Below, piece after piece: positions 49,851 to 63,759 of a DNA stretch of 64,000 nt. This stretch comes from Eledone cirrhosa (Eukaryota): positions 19,158,001 through 19,222,000 of the forward strand of contig OZ024755.1 in NCBI GenBank assembly GCA_964016885.1, written 5' to 3'. The position numbers and the translations under genes were made by a program. The notes beneath the pieces are model-generated. The model was not told where the DNA came from and did no database searches. It saw only the letters and a list, made by a program, of their open reading frames with translations. Within the stretch, counting starts at the first letter, position 1, and every line of letters starts with the position of its first letter.

Positions 49851-52646
49851 TACATATACACACACACATACATATATACACACACATACATATATACACA
49901 CACATACATATACATATATATACACACACACATATATACATATATGCAGATGCCAGAATCTACACATACATACAAATACACAGTTTAAAGTGCTAGACAT
50001 TTTACCAAGTGTCTGGAATTCTACTCGAGACCATACTATTAAAATAACTCTTTGCAGTGAAGGTAATTTCAGATTCCAAACAATAACTCCAAGGTTCTGT
50101 CTCACTCACACACACACTCTCTCTCTCTTTCTTCCCCTCTCACATACACACACACACTCTCTCTCTTTCCAATAATAATACATTCCATTCTGAACAAATA
50201 ACAAAGATCTAGCAATTCATACAGCCCAGCTTTATGGAAACCAAGTTGCCATCTGGTAGATAGTTTGCACAATTTTTTTATGTTAACAGCACCTAATAAA
50301 ACCCTTTGTGTTGTAACTGTTGTTCTCTATTTGTGCATGGTTAATGTGTGAACCAAGTCACTAAAAATTAAATGTAGGGCAGAAATTGATAACATTGCCA
50401 TTAGCTGGAAAATTCTAAATTAGATCTTATTAATTGAAAATTATGTTATTTAGTAATCCGTTAAAAATATATTTTATAATTTAAAAATATATTTTAAAAA
50501 CCTGTATGTTCATGTGTGAGTGTGTATATGTATGTGTATGTTTGTGTGTGAGTATGTGTGTTTGTGTGTGAGTATGTGTATATGTGTATGTCAGTGTGAG
50601 AGTTTGTGTATGCATGTATTTGTGTGTGAGTGTGTATGTGTGTATGTGTATTTCACTGTGTGGGGAAAGCAAATATAAAAGTGATGACATATGACAGTAT
50701 TTGTGGATGTTTGTCTAAGTTGGTGTATTGAGTGCAGATACCTTGCAGTGTTTAGGGTCCCTAAAGGAACACATAACACATAACTCAATACATACGAGGT
50801 GAACTTAGACATGCAAAACCAGGCTCCATTTTACCCTAACGCCTGCATCCATCCTCACCTGGTTTTCATTTCCTGCTCCATCATATTTAGCTATGTCTTT
50901 TTTGTCTTCCCCTTCCTCCACACCCTTCCACATCACTCCTCTCACCCAGACACGTTCCATCATTTCTCAACACACAACTGAGCCATCTTATTCTATTTCT
51001 CTTCACAACATTCATCATTGACCTTATTCTCACCATTCTCTGAAAATTCATTTTTATCTTCCTCTCTCTCTCAACAATAATCTACATATTTGCTGAACCA
51101 TTACACTGATATTCGATGGATTTATTGTCCTCAAGAATTCAAAATTTTAGCCAAATTTCAAATGAATTACAGTGAGAAGAAGGAGCTACTTAGCTAATTA
51201 TCCAGTATAAGCCTGTTATCAGAAATGCATCTTGTTTCGTGAAGATCTACATCATAGATTTATACAAAGAACATTTCCAGAGATTTTTATCATTATAATG
51301 ATTCTTCAAATTTAAACAAAATATTTGACTCATTTAAAGTATTGTATATACATTCTGGTTAGCATCAGAAGATGTCTTCATGATAACCATATGGTGTTGA
51401 AATAAGTAAGAAATTATATAGGCTTGTGCCTTGTTAAATACATTTAAACAACTTATAAAGAGCTAAACAAGTAAAATAAACAAAACAAAAACCCCAGCAT
51501 TTTGTTATGTATTGTAATATATTGAAATAAAACATGTATTATCACTGTTTTCTAATCTTAATATTGTGGGGGAATCTTTTCTAAACACAAACTTAGCAAC
51601 ACATCAAAGAAAACATTGGATAAGATAGAATGCAAATTCAAATATTATTAAAAAGACTTACTGTAAAAAGAAAATACATACATACACACACACAAAGTTA
51701 AACATGCAAATACTTGCACACATGATCAAAAGTATTCCAGTCACGACCATATCGTATTGTCAGGTCTACATACACCCACATACCACTAATAACCATATGG
51801 TATTGTCAATTGTACATACACCTACATTCCAGCCATGACCATACCAAATTGCCAGGTATATATACACCTACATAGGATTACATTGTCTTACATAGCCTTT
51901 CCGATCTTTTTGTTGGTAGGATGAGATTTGAGGAAAATTTTACTGTTATATTTAGCAGGTTGTGAAGGCGCATGGCTTAGTGGTTAGAGCATTGGGCTTA
52001 CAATCCCAAGTTCAAATCTCAGACTAGGCTTTGTGTTGTGTTCAAGAGCTCCAGATGTAGAAATGAGTTTACCCAGCTATGGGTTAAATAGCCTCACCAA
52101 CCCATGATTGGCCAAGCATGGTGAGTATGACTACATCCCTGACATGACCAAAACAAAAATATGGTGGAGGTCAATCAGGGAGGGGTTCTTTCAGTAGAAA
52201 TGAAAAGGCCCTGGATTGAATTTAGCAGGTTAAGTGATCACATAGAGGCTTCAACTGAAGTATGGGGTAATATATAATACCGGATAGTAAAATATCAGCA
52301 ACAAGAAGAAATTAAGGAAATCTACAACATATGGAACAAATCAGAGGTATATCTATGAAGAAGACGACATTTCAATGAGTATAAAAATATGCCTAGAAGG
52401 AATTAAAGACTTCAAGACTTCAGGAAGTGTTTTGGTAGAGACAAATGTAGAGAATGTAAGAAAATAAAATGTTTCTATATATATTATATATAATATATAA
52501 AAATGTAAAAGTTTAATACAATAGTGATGTTGTTATTTTTTAGCTTTTCTGGTCATCGTAACCGAGCAAATTTATGACCTAAAACATGTTCTAGCCATGG
52601 CTATCCTGGTTTTTTATTGAATATCAATCAGCAACTACAAGAATAA

Positions 52647-52865
52647 CCCTTTAATGTTCAAACCGGCCAAAACCGGCCAGAATTCTCTACCTTTTTCTGT
52701 TGAAACTGGCTGTAACTGGTCGCTCAAACTGATATTAAGGTATTGTTCTCAAAATAAATACTTTCAAAATCACATAGATTCAATATTATGTGAGATATTA
52801 TGTGAGGTAAAGCCTTTACCATGAAAATACAACAGTATATATAGAATAATGTGAATGCTAAAGGG
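52647..52865 (+). mobile_element. piggyBac-type MITE
   Basis: CCCTTTAATGTT...AATGCTAAAGGG-TTAA. Confidence 0.85.
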
Positions 52866-54255
52866 TTAAGCTGAAAGCTTATATGCCTTTTTGTATATGA
52901 AATATTGACTAATGATCATTGGCATATAGTGCAAACCTGACTGACTAGGATTAACCAGCAGCAGTACTAACATAGTGTGATTCATAATAGAGGTGGATAT
53001 GAAGGTATATACAATATGTTTATGTACAATGAACATATCATACATGCCTTTATATACATCCCTATTATTCTGACAATAATATCAGTTATATTCCCTTCAA
53101 GTCATTTGGCAGTTATTTTAAAACTCCTCCTTGACTGTGTGACCATAATGAGGTCATTATACATACAAGATCACATTAAAGGTATGTGACAGCTGGCAAT
53201 ACAAATTCTTCCCCTTTATTTTTTTGAAATAGTCTTCCATGACAATGTTAATAAGGGAAAAACCTATCTGCGGATATGTTCATATTCTAGAGTCATTTGT
53301 AATATTTCCTGTTGCCTATTTTATTTGGAAATGAAATGACAAAAAGAAGATATAACTATTTATGGTTTGTAGAATCTAGCTTTTGTATCTAACTCACCAT
53401 TTCCTTCAGGGCTGGCTTAACCATGAAACAAAATAAGCGCATGTTTAGGGCATCATGTTGATTTCTACAGTTAGCCATACATACATGTCATCTGTCTTCA
53501 ACTTGCAGGTCACGTCATGATAGGCAATGAACCTGACACAAAACTTTTACTAATGTTAAATGCAAAAAAGGAAGACCTCTCAACACATTTAAGAGAGTCA
53601 TTGAAGATACAGAATTGTTCAGTGAAGAACTGAGGCAGTTAATGTTGGATCGTGTGAGATGGAAAGGTTTTATCATTTCCCCACAAAGAAGTGAATGAAT
53701 TTAGTTATAGTAGTAGGGCAACAAGGAAAGAGGGGTACCATATTACTTTAATTGATTGCATGTCATTCTAAAAAAAAAAATTTGTTTGCAGACTTTATAT
53801 ATTGAGGGCACCCTAATCATTCAAGTGCTTAGGACCTGAAAAAGACTTCATCTGAGCCTGCTTCCCCATATAAAATAACATGAGTTACATAAATGCATAC
53901 TAAAGGGATAGACAGAGCTTCCCCTCACCTCATGAAATGACATCTTCTTATCCATAGAATCATCTAGATTTATTTAAATGTATCTACTGACAGTTTGGTC
54001 CTCTGTACTATATTCTCAGCATCACTAAGGAAGAGGAATCCAGCATTTTTATCTTTACTTCTGGATGATTCTGTCAGCTCTCACAGCTGATGGTGGTAAA
54101 TTTCTTCTTATCTATGTTTACATAAAAGAATCATTCCAAATGTACCTTAGGGGTTGTCTTTTTTTATAAAATGTGAAAACCCTGTATTGGCTAAGATAAA
54201 ATCCACATCATCAACATTTATAGTTTCTACTGATAGAGTGTTGTAAGTTATACAC

Positions 54256-54286
<31 letters not shown>

Positions 54287-54721
54287 TTGCACACAAGAGC
54301 TCTCAGATGTTGCATTGCAACTTGAAGATATGCAATACAGATAACTTATGAAAGTAAGTTACCCTTGCTATATTCCAATGCTGGTGGTGATATTGGTGGA
54401 GTTCATGAAGAAGGCAGATGGAGAAAAAAGATAATTATATATAATGGATGGTAGAGAACAAGCTGTATTATAAGAAAGAAGAATAAATGTAGCGATAAGG
54501 AAGAGATTGATGATGAAGGGTAAGCTAGTCCTAATGGCATTTAGGGAGCAATAAAAATAATGAGAGCTGTTGTAGTAAAAATGCTTATTTGTGATAATGA
54601 AGCTAAAATGGCTGATGTTTATGATAATAATAGATAGATGTGTATGGAGAAGATAGAAAAACAAAACAACAGTAGTGATAGTAAACTAACCAGGTTTAAT
54701 CCTTATAATAGCAATACAATA

Positions 54722-54919
54722 CAAGGGTCGGTTGAAAACTTCATAGGCTGACTACGAAGGAGTGATGCTGGAGCTGTGAAATCTTGCATGCATTGATTTC
54801 AACTCTTCTTCTTAATAACTGCATTATTTCTTTCCAGGGACTATGTTGAAAAATAAACCTCATTTGGTCATTCCATGAGAGTATCTTGGTGAACCTATGA
54901 ACTTTTCAGATGACCCTCA
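54722..54919. mobile_element. mariner-type MITE
   Basis: TA-CAAGGGTCGGTTGAAAACTTCATAGG ... CCTATGAACTTTTCAGATGACCCTCA-TA (imperfect ~26-bp TIR). Confidence 0.85.
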
Positions 54920-54924
54920 TAGTA

Positions 54925-55106
54925 ATAATTGTTTCTACATTTGGCATAAGGCCAGCAATTACCCAGTACATTACTGGTACTTTATTTTATCGACTCCGTA
55001 AGGATGAAAGGCAAAGTTAACCTCGGTGGGATTTGAACTCAGTCCGTCAAGGGACGTAACTATGCTAGAAAGCATGGCGTCCGACTCTCAACTGATACTG
55101 CCAATG
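54925..55106 (-). mobile_element. Deu/Nin SINE
   Basis: Reverse of the 16238-16422 family. Confidence 0.88.
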
Positions 55107-56519
55107 CTAAAAGGTTCCCACATGAAATATGATACAATTAACTTAACTATAGCTTACCAAAAAGAGGGTTGGGTGGACCCTTCAGTTGTGACAAAGACAT
55201 GACATCAACTTCTATGCACTCAGTAGAACATGAGACCATACGTAAATGACATGCAGACATCTGGTCTGTCTGGGAGGTCAGTAGCCCTGTTATTTATTTT
55301 AAGAACAATACTTTAATATTAGTATGAGTGGCCAGTTACAGCCAGTATGAATAGAAAGAGGTGAGAGAATTCTGGCCGGATACAGCCAGTTTAAATGCTA
55401 AAGGGTTAGGGTTAGGGTTAAAACATGACAGGTGCTAAACAGTATCAGATTGTTTAATCATATAAAACTTTTGGCAAAAAGTTGAAAAAACTATCACTGC
55501 ACTCTGCAGGCCACAAAGCTATTCTTCTCGTCTCAGATGTTACTATTTCAACTTTGATAAGATTCTTATTGGTAATTATAACAGGAAGATAAATGCAAAG
55601 CAAAGAATTTAATATCCAAGGAAATTACCATCATGAATTATTTCTGAAAGGTCAAATTAGATGTTCACAGCAACTTAGTGTATATTTTGGATATAGCACA
55701 GAGGAGAAGAAAATAACATCTCATTTTTATACTGCACTTAGTTACATGGCCATGAATTAAAATCTCTAGTGAAACTTTATTTTAAAAAAAAATACAAATA
55801 AATAAATATATAAACAATAAAAGCATACAAAAGCACTCCTGTGTGTGAGAGATAAACATTCCTTTCAGAGATAACAACAACAACTATAATAATAATTATA
55901 AACTTGACATACATTTCAGCATAAAATAATATCAAAGCTTTTTTTTATTTTTTATTATTTATTCATTTTTTTTTTTTTTTTTGAGTTTTTGAAAGAATAT
56001 TTTTATTAATGAAGAGCCTGCTGTTCTTTAAAAAAGTTGTTAGTCAGCAAAAGTTTTAGATATTATTTACAACTGATAGTTTGACCTTCAGTCAAAATGG
56101 TTGTTTTAAAATAAACCACTATTTTTATGAATGAATCTACATCACTAAGAAAGACTAAGAAAAACAAACAAAGGAAAAGACAAAGTAAAAGAGGAGTGAA
56201 AAAAAGAAAGGAAAAAGAAAAAAGAAGAAATATGAAATGAAAGAAGAAAAAACTGAAAGAAAGAGAAAAGTTTTAGGAAAAAGAAAGAAAAAAGACAGAA
56301 TTAAACGAGAGAGTGAGGGAGGGTGAGTTAGAGAGAAAGAGAATAAAAACACAGAAAAGAATGAAATCATTACAAATTGATATTTCTAATGAAAAGAAAC
56401 CGATAAAAATATTTTTTGCAAATCATTTTTAAAAAAAAATTTTTTTTCACACTTCTTCCATCAATGTTCCATTCACATAAAATTACTACTCCTATATAGA
56501 TACTTGTGTATAAGTATAT

Positions 56520-56790
56520 GGCAGGCAGTGAATTGATGGTCACTAGAACGTTGGATAGAATACTTTGTGGTATTCGAGGTTGATAAAAAAAAAAGTACCA
56601 GTCTAGTAATGGGGTAGATTTTTCCTCTATATCTCTTTCTCACTCTATATCCTTCCCTGGAAGAAATCTGCTATTATTCAGAGCTGGAGAGGAGGTGGGC
56701 TCCTCCGGGCTTAAAAATACTCGAGAAACGCTCTATGTCAATATGGTGCCCTATGACTCCTTCAGCAATTACAAGACCATGCATAAGTAT
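56520..56790 (+). mobile_element. Deu/Nin SINE, long-tail subfamily (internal deletion)
   Basis: Shared tail. Confidence 0.75.
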
Positions 56791-56993
56791 GGGGAATGTT
56801 GTGTGTTAATGTCCCCTAATTTCGAGGTTTGAGTAAAAATAAAAAAATTAAAAAACACAGACAGAAAGCAATAAAATGTGTCAGATATGAAAAAAATAAC
56901 CAGAATTAGGGGTCAATATATTTGACTTTAAGGTGGTGCTACAGCATGGCTACACTCTAATGACAGAAATCGGTTATACAATAAAAGAAAGTA

Positions 56994-57161
56994 CCGTATT
57001 TCCCAGCATTGAAGATGCAACTTTTTTTCTAAAATAAGTCTCAAATATCTACCCTGCATCCTGGAGGCCGAAGGTTGTTTATTATTTTTTTTCAAATTTT
57101 TGGTTGTCAAAATTGGGGTGTGTCCTTGAGGGCGCAGCATCTTTGGCGCCAGGAAATACAG
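56994..57161. mobile_element. pogo/Tc2-like MITE
   Basis: TA-CCGTATTTCCC...CCAGGAAATACAG-TA. Confidence 0.88.
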
Positions 57162-57483
57162 TATATAAAATATGTTTATCATTTATATATAAATTTTATC
57201 TTTTCTTTACATGAATTTGATTGCTTCTCCATACATTTTGCACCACTATGCACAATCTAAGGAGATGGCCATAACTGGACCTTGAAACCCAAGATAGCTT
57301 TTTTTTTTTTTCTGTGTATGAACATAATTAAATAATATATAAATGTTCTAAAATAATTTATCTTCCTAATATCGTTTTGGAATTTTTTTTAAAAAGCCTA
57401 AACTGAATTACTTCTCTAGATTTCTATATTATTTATTAATTTTTTTAGTTTATAACACATTTCTTTTTAAATCAACCATATAG

Positions 57484-57520
<37 letters not shown>

Positions 57521-58171
57521 GTTTTCTTCTTTTTGTATTAACTACAAAACTTAGTGTAGTGTTCTTAGATAACAGACCACTATCCTTCTAGCTGCATTTT
57601 CCTAAACATGCTGGCACCAGGAAACATCTGGAATCCTGCACCAGACTAAAAATTCCTCCTACATCTATAACAGCATAGTTGTATTTACAGCTTCGGTATT
57701 GATTTTCTGCAGTGCCTTACAATAAAAAGGTGACAGCCAATTGTATTGTTATCAGTAAAGGTGGGGGGTGAGGGTGAGTGAGAAGGAGGAGGGGGGGGGG
57801 GGATTACTGATTCTTTTGTTGCTTGGCTTTCAGGATCAGGTGTGTAAAGAAAAGATATAATTTTAGAGGCAGAGGCTTCAAATTTTCTTATTCTTTTAAC
57901 ATTCATATCAACAACATCATCTCTATTATACAGCATTCTAGTATAAATTATTATGTGTATATGCGTGTGTTTATACTCTTTAACTCTTTTACTTGTTCCA
58001 GTCCTGAGGCTCTGGCCATGTTGGGGTATCACCATTACACACACACACACACACATGCACATGTTCCTCCAGGTAGACAAATATAGTCAAATGAATTAAT
58101 CCAAGTATATTATTGGTATTTTTGTTTTAAAATTAAAAATCTTTATATTAGGTTAATTAAAGTATTTAGTC

Positions 58172-58458
58172 CAGAATTTTCCAAACTTTTCACTTTAGTG
58201 GCACACTTTTTTAAAAATATAATTTTACAGGACATATTAACGTTTGTTAATGACAGGAAATTAGTAAAATTTATAAATAAACAATTAAACAACATATCAC
58301 ATGTCACCAAGTCACATGCCACATGTCTAAATCTGTGCAGAGGTGTCAAATCTGAAATACACGTTGTAAAAGTTGATCAGATGTGACTTAATTATGCAAC
58401 CCACCTACAGATTATCAGTGACACACTAAACTGTCACAGCACAGTTTGGAAAACTCTA
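58172..58458. mobile_element. hAT-type MITE
   Basis: TSD ATTTAGTC / GTTTAGTC; TIRs CAGAATTTTCCAAACT / AGTTTGGAAAACTCTA. Confidence 0.8.
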
Positions 58459-59309
58459 GTTTAGTCTAATAGCTTTACAAAACAGCTTGACAGAGTTTGC
58501 AGAGATAACTTAATCTCAGCATTACTCATTTAGCATCAAGTTTGTTTTTTAACATGCTAGTATGAGTTGAGCAAGGCTCTACAGCTGCATATTTTAAATT
58601 TATCATCATCATCTTCATTTAACGTCCACTTTCCCTGCTAGCAAGGGTTGGATGGGTCTTCTTAGACCAAGTTGGTACTAAAGTGAGGCTACATACCCCC
58701 CTAACAGACTGAGGGTTCACATGTTGCTTACATATGGTTCCACATTCTACAAATTGTATTTTATCATGGCACCAGCACTAGAGAGGTTGTCAAGTCCTTG
58801 CTACAACTGAAGGGTCCTCCCAAATCCTTTGCATATATTGTTGTGATGTGAGAAGTACAATATACACTTCTTGAGTTTTAATTGCCAATCTCATTTTTGC
58901 TTATACAGATTCTTGTTATTTTTACCAATTTTATTGATTATTTTCATGGACATACATCTTATATTAAGTATTCAGTTTTTGGCTGAGACCATTATATTAC
59001 ATGAATATATATTTAATATTGCAATAATTAACTATGTTGCATAATGAAGTCAATTCAATGATTGGATACCTAAAATGGCTAGAATATACTGTAGATTGGT
59101 TTTGGTAAAGAACCACAGATGGTACTACTATATTCATAAGAAGTATTTAATTGTGGAATTAACTTGAAGATTATCCCCTATAAATAAACAACTCCTTTAA
59201 AGGGGTTCTATTTAAACTGAAATCTTCTGAATTACTTTTACACTTATTATGTTATACTCTTCTAATTCTGAAGATAGAGGAGTCCAGGAGAGTTCAAAAC
59301 ATTAATAAA

Positions 59310-59590
59310 CTCACTGCCTCTTCTCCTGCTACTTCAATCATCTCTGCTCTTTGGCGTTTACTGAACTCATGCCATCTCCACTGAGCCTCTCCTTATTCAA
59401 GTTCTGTCAACCCTTGCGCTCCACACTTATCACTATGCCTAATATTTCCTGCCCTGAACATCGACCCTCTAGAACTCTCTCCCTATTCATATCCTTCCAA
59501 AGAAGTGGACCTACAACAATTTAAACAGAACATTAACAGCATCAATCTCTCTAGTCTTGGGCACTGACTCTTCCCCTAGACTTAGTAAAT
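59310..59590 (+). mobile_element. Decayed Jockey/CR1-group LINE 3' end
   Basis: FLP*TSTL*NSLPIHI...VDLQQFKQNIN, resembling FFPRT..LWNSLP...F(K). Confidence 0.6.
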
Positions 59591-61826
59591 TAAGTTAGAA
59601 ACCAAAAAAACAAACTAATTAACTAACAAGATGTTGTCCCAGCATGACAACCATCTAATGACTGAAACATTTAAAAGAATAAAAGAATATGAGGATATTA
59701 CTTGCATAGATACTGGAATGAGATTATTTTACCCACATGGTTTGAATAAAGTGTTTGGTTTGAAATTCTGAGAACAGTGCCAAATATGACAGCTGAAGAC
59801 ACAATGCGCAAAACATAGTGATTACAACAATCAAGAAGAGCAGAGAAGTTCAAATAAATCAGTTTATAATAATAGTTTCTGATTTAAGCACAAGGCTAAC
59901 AATTTCAGAGGAAGGTCAAGTTGATTAAATTGACCACAGTGTGTTACTGGTATTTTATTTTATCAACTCTATAAGGATGAAAGGGACATAACTTCTGAGT
60001 CTCAGAAATTGAGACAATTATGAAATGTTAATCCCTATATATTGATTAGAAATTACATCATACGTTCTTTACTTCTTTCTAAAAGGGAAAGTCATCTGCG
60101 GCATATAAAAGCTTATTAATAATTTAAAATGTCAAAAAAAAAAGAAAAAACTTGTAAAACTTGCATGGAAGCAATTAATTTTTTCCTTGAAATCTGATCC
60201 AGATGCAGAGCAAACACGCCTTAACAACGACAGATGCATCATCATATATAATTACTAAGATGTATAGAAATATATCCATTGCTTTATTTTTAAAAGATAG
60301 CAAAAAGTAGATGCCGTTTTTATAAACATTGGGTAGGAAGAATTATGAAGGAAATTTGATACAGGTATGATAAACATATTAACAGATATGTTAAAATGAA
60401 AATATACTTGAGCAATACTGCTAGATTTTCTTCAGTTTCTTTAAAAAAAATCTTCATAAATAAGTTTTTTTCACCTAAAACACGTCTCAGATAAGTTTTT
60501 TTCACCTAAAACATGTCTCAGATAAGATTCAGCCAGCAATGGCTTGAGGCAATGTTTAATTCAACACTCATTAACCAGGTGATAGTATTAAGTGAGGATA
60601 ATTTCTTAATTTCTTACAGACACAACAACAAGCATTTTATGGCCATTTTCCCTATTGAAAGAAAGGTTAAACCTTGCACCCCCCCCCCCCCCCCCCCCTG
60701 ACAGACTTCATTATACATCATGTGGTCCTTTATGAAGCAATGTTTTACGGGCATATGCCCTTTCTGATGCCAACATTTTAGTCACCTTTTATAACATGCA
60801 GGAATAATGTACTTCTTTTAAACCAGATACACAGTACATTAACACAGGACTAGAATTTGGAAAGGAGAGCTTAGAAAATTAAATCAACCTTAGTATTTCA
60901 CTGATATTTTTTTATAGTATTTCACTGATATTCTGGAAGAATTAAAGACAAAATAGACCGCGTAAAGATGAAAGGCGAAGCTAGCCTCAGTGGAATTTGA
61001 ACTCAGAATGTAAAGGACTAACTCTATGCCACAAAGCATGTTGTCTGATGCTCTACCAATACTGCCAGTCCATGAAACTAATATAATACAAGTATATGAG
61101 ACTTCAAATATATGACAAAATTTTACTGCTTACATCTATACAGGTTTAGCTGGCCTCATATGAGATTGCATAGGAACTTTCTCAGGTATTTTACTAGTAG
61201 GAGCCTCAGTACTATCATGATAAGCAATGTGAAATGAAGTGTCTTGTTCAAGAACACATGCCATTCAGTTGAAGAATTGAACTCACAACCTTATGATCAT
61301 GAGTTTAACAAGCTAACCATTAGGCTATGTACCTTCACTGTAGTGAGTTTAGATGTTTATTACTTTTGATGTAGTAATCTCCTTAAAACAATAGCATAGT
61401 TTCAGATAAAAGAAATAAAACTTAATGAAATACAAATGATAAATTACCAACAATTGTTAAACTTTAAAGTGACTTCTAAAAGATTTATGAGCAGAACATG
61501 GCTAAAGAATTTCACCATTTAATGCTGGTCATGTTAAAAAGCCTTACCAATATGAACGAAATATCTATAAATAGCTGCTACAAATGCAGTCTAAATCTTT
61601 TGAAAATTATTTCTGACATTTTTACTTAGCAATGAACTAACTGAGAACTGAGAAATCTCAATCTAAAAAGAAAATTTGTCTTTCTTTATATAAACCAGAA
61701 GTGACACTGTAATGTTAAGCAACTTACGTTTTTCAATCAACATTTCTAGAGCAGCCCAATAGTGCAGGAGACAAGGCCAGATATATAGGGGTAAAGGGTG
61801 CCATTGTTCTGGACTCCCCAAGGTCT

Positions 61827-61861
61827 AAATTGGATAACTCCTGGCAGGAGTTATCCAATTT
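61827..61861. repeat. Perfect 17-bp inverted repeat, 1-nt spacer
   Basis: AAATTGGATAACTCCTG-g-CAGGAGTTATCCAATTT. Confidence 0.95.
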
Positions 61862-62373
61862 TTATTCATACTTTAATTATCGTGCAGTTTTTCTTCCAGC
61901 ACTCTGAGCTCCAAGTTCAATTCCTGTCAAAGTCAACTTTGCCTTGAAACTTTTTTATTAGTGCAGCCTGCCTTATGATGAGTCACAAACTATGCAGCCA
62001 CCTGCTCGTAAAAGTTTGCTCGTGCCTTTGCCACAGCATCGGACAGGGTGCCCTTCAATATATGTTCCAAGTTTGTGCATTCTGATTTCAAATCTTGCTT
62101 CTTGTCACTGGAAAAATAATGACATGATAGGACTGGGGCCCCTATCATTAAAACACATGAGATACCTCATAAAAGGCCAAGCAAAACATGCACAAGTGTG
62201 GGCTATAACACCATACTTTAACTGGAACAAGACTGCACTAAATATTCTGCTATAATACTATGTGATACAGAGTGGATACAGAGTGGAGTTAGAGAATACG
62301 GTCCAATTTTTTTCTGACTATAATGTTTCAGTAAGACCAGAAATTAAAATGCTAAACAATTGCATGTTACAAA

Positions 62374-62462
62374 ATGTGTGGTAGATTCAATTTGCGTAAA
62401 TCTAAATCTATAAGGCAGTTGGCAGTTGATCCAGAGCAGGAAATTGATTCTGTGGCTGTTTG
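62374..62462 (+). CDS. Candidate first exon (coding or uORF-containing), unverified
   Basis: CAAAATG context, open frame MCGRFNLRKSKSIRQLAVDPEQEIDSVAV, strong TG|GTGAGT donor at 62463; locally more CpG than the flanks. Confidence 0.2.
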
Positions 62463-62732
62463 GTGAGTGTGTACTTTTTGTTTGTTTGAATCAGATAAGA
62501 GAAATAATGAATTTTATAGTTGTATATTTCAATGAATAGAACTAACTGCAGCTATGAATTACTCCACTAACATGTCTTTCAATTTAAGTATCTTGGTTTC
62601 GTTGTCCAAATAATTAATGGCTGCGAGGAAAGTGCAGCCTGTTATAATAAAGAGAGTAATGTTGTTTTAGGTCGTATTTAATATATTTTGGTATATTACG
62701 GAGAGATTGCGAACCAAACAAGTGTACACTAA

Positions 62733-63060
62733 AGGAGGTGAATTGGCAGAGGCATTAGAACATCAGATAATATGCTTTGCAGTATTCGTTTTGGCTCTCT
62801 GAATTTATATCCTACCAAGGTCAACTTTGCCTTTCATCCATTCGAGGTTGATAAAAAAGTACCAGTCGAGTACTGGGGTCAATTCTTCCTCCATATCTCT
62901 TTCTCACTTCCATTCTCTCACTCTATTCTTCTCTGGAAGAAATCTGCTGTCTTCAAACCTGGAGAGAAGATGGGCTCTGCCAAGTTAAAAAATATCCTAG
63001 AAATGCTGTATGTCAATACAGCTCCATCAAGAGTTACAGGACCATGTATGCATGAGTGTG
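62733..63060 (+). mobile_element. Deu/Nin SINE, long-tail subfamily
   Basis: ggtgaattggcagag head, Nin domain, shared tail. Confidence 0.85.
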
Positions 63061-63322
63061 TACTATAATGGACCTGATATATTGTTTGTAAACTGGTGCC
63101 ATATTTCCTAGGCTTTGATCACATTGGGGATCTTTAGAGTGCGTTATGTAAATGAATTTATATAATTTCTGTGTTGTTATGCATAACAGGTCCAATTTAT
63201 AAAGTGATAATAAATGAATTGAATAAATGAAACTCATCAAGTACATTCCATTAGCATTTTAACCGAATTCACAGAATTCGAAGAATGTAAAACTAAAGGG
63301 TATCTTATAAAAAGGATATATA

Positions 63323-63370
<48 letters not shown>

Positions 63371-63445
63371 GGAATATAATTTAATAAAATTTAATAAATA
63401 AACAAGTAAATATAAGACAGGAAATTCTTCTCTAAGTTATCTCAC

Positions 63446-63759
63446 ATATGTTGAATTTTACTGATTATATTGAAAATAAAATTTTTTGTCCAGTCTTCAT
63501 GAAGCCAAATAATTCCTAGACTATATTGTTGGCAAAATGCAGATAGGTGAAAAACAGTTAGAGTAAGTCCATATATCATGTCATGCTGACATCTAGGGAT
63601 GTGACCAAAGCTGATCTTTTGTTTGTCAATGACATTTGACTCATAGAAATTCTGTCTGTACATTCTTTCCTCTCCATTGCAAGTATAAGGATTATCTTTT
63701 AAATAAAATGTAATGCCATGTATAAAAGCTAAAAGTATCCAAGCAAAAAGAAAGAACAC
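63446..63759 (-). CDS. Candidate internal coding exon of an unknown, possibly membrane, protein
   Basis: Non-repetitive 104-codon open frame (VFFLFAWILLAFIHGITFYL...FCQQYSLGIIWLHEDW...) bounded by acceptor tcttttag| and donor |GTGAGA; no family recognised. Confidence 0.3.

Noticed and set aside
57806-57938. Protein-like minus frame MLYNRDDVVDMNVKRIRKFEASASK...
   Set aside because: Weak splice sites, no recognisable family, and length within chance expectation
61728-61824. Minus-strand exon TLGSPEQWHPLPLYIWPCLLHYWAALEMLIEK with a GTAAGT donor
   Set aside because: Overlaps a probable DNA-transposon end and the palindrome; no recognisable homology
62374-62466. HMCES/SRAP assignment from the N-terminal MCGRF
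   Set aside because: Only five residues match; no P-x-YN-x-AP motif follows in any nearby candidate exon
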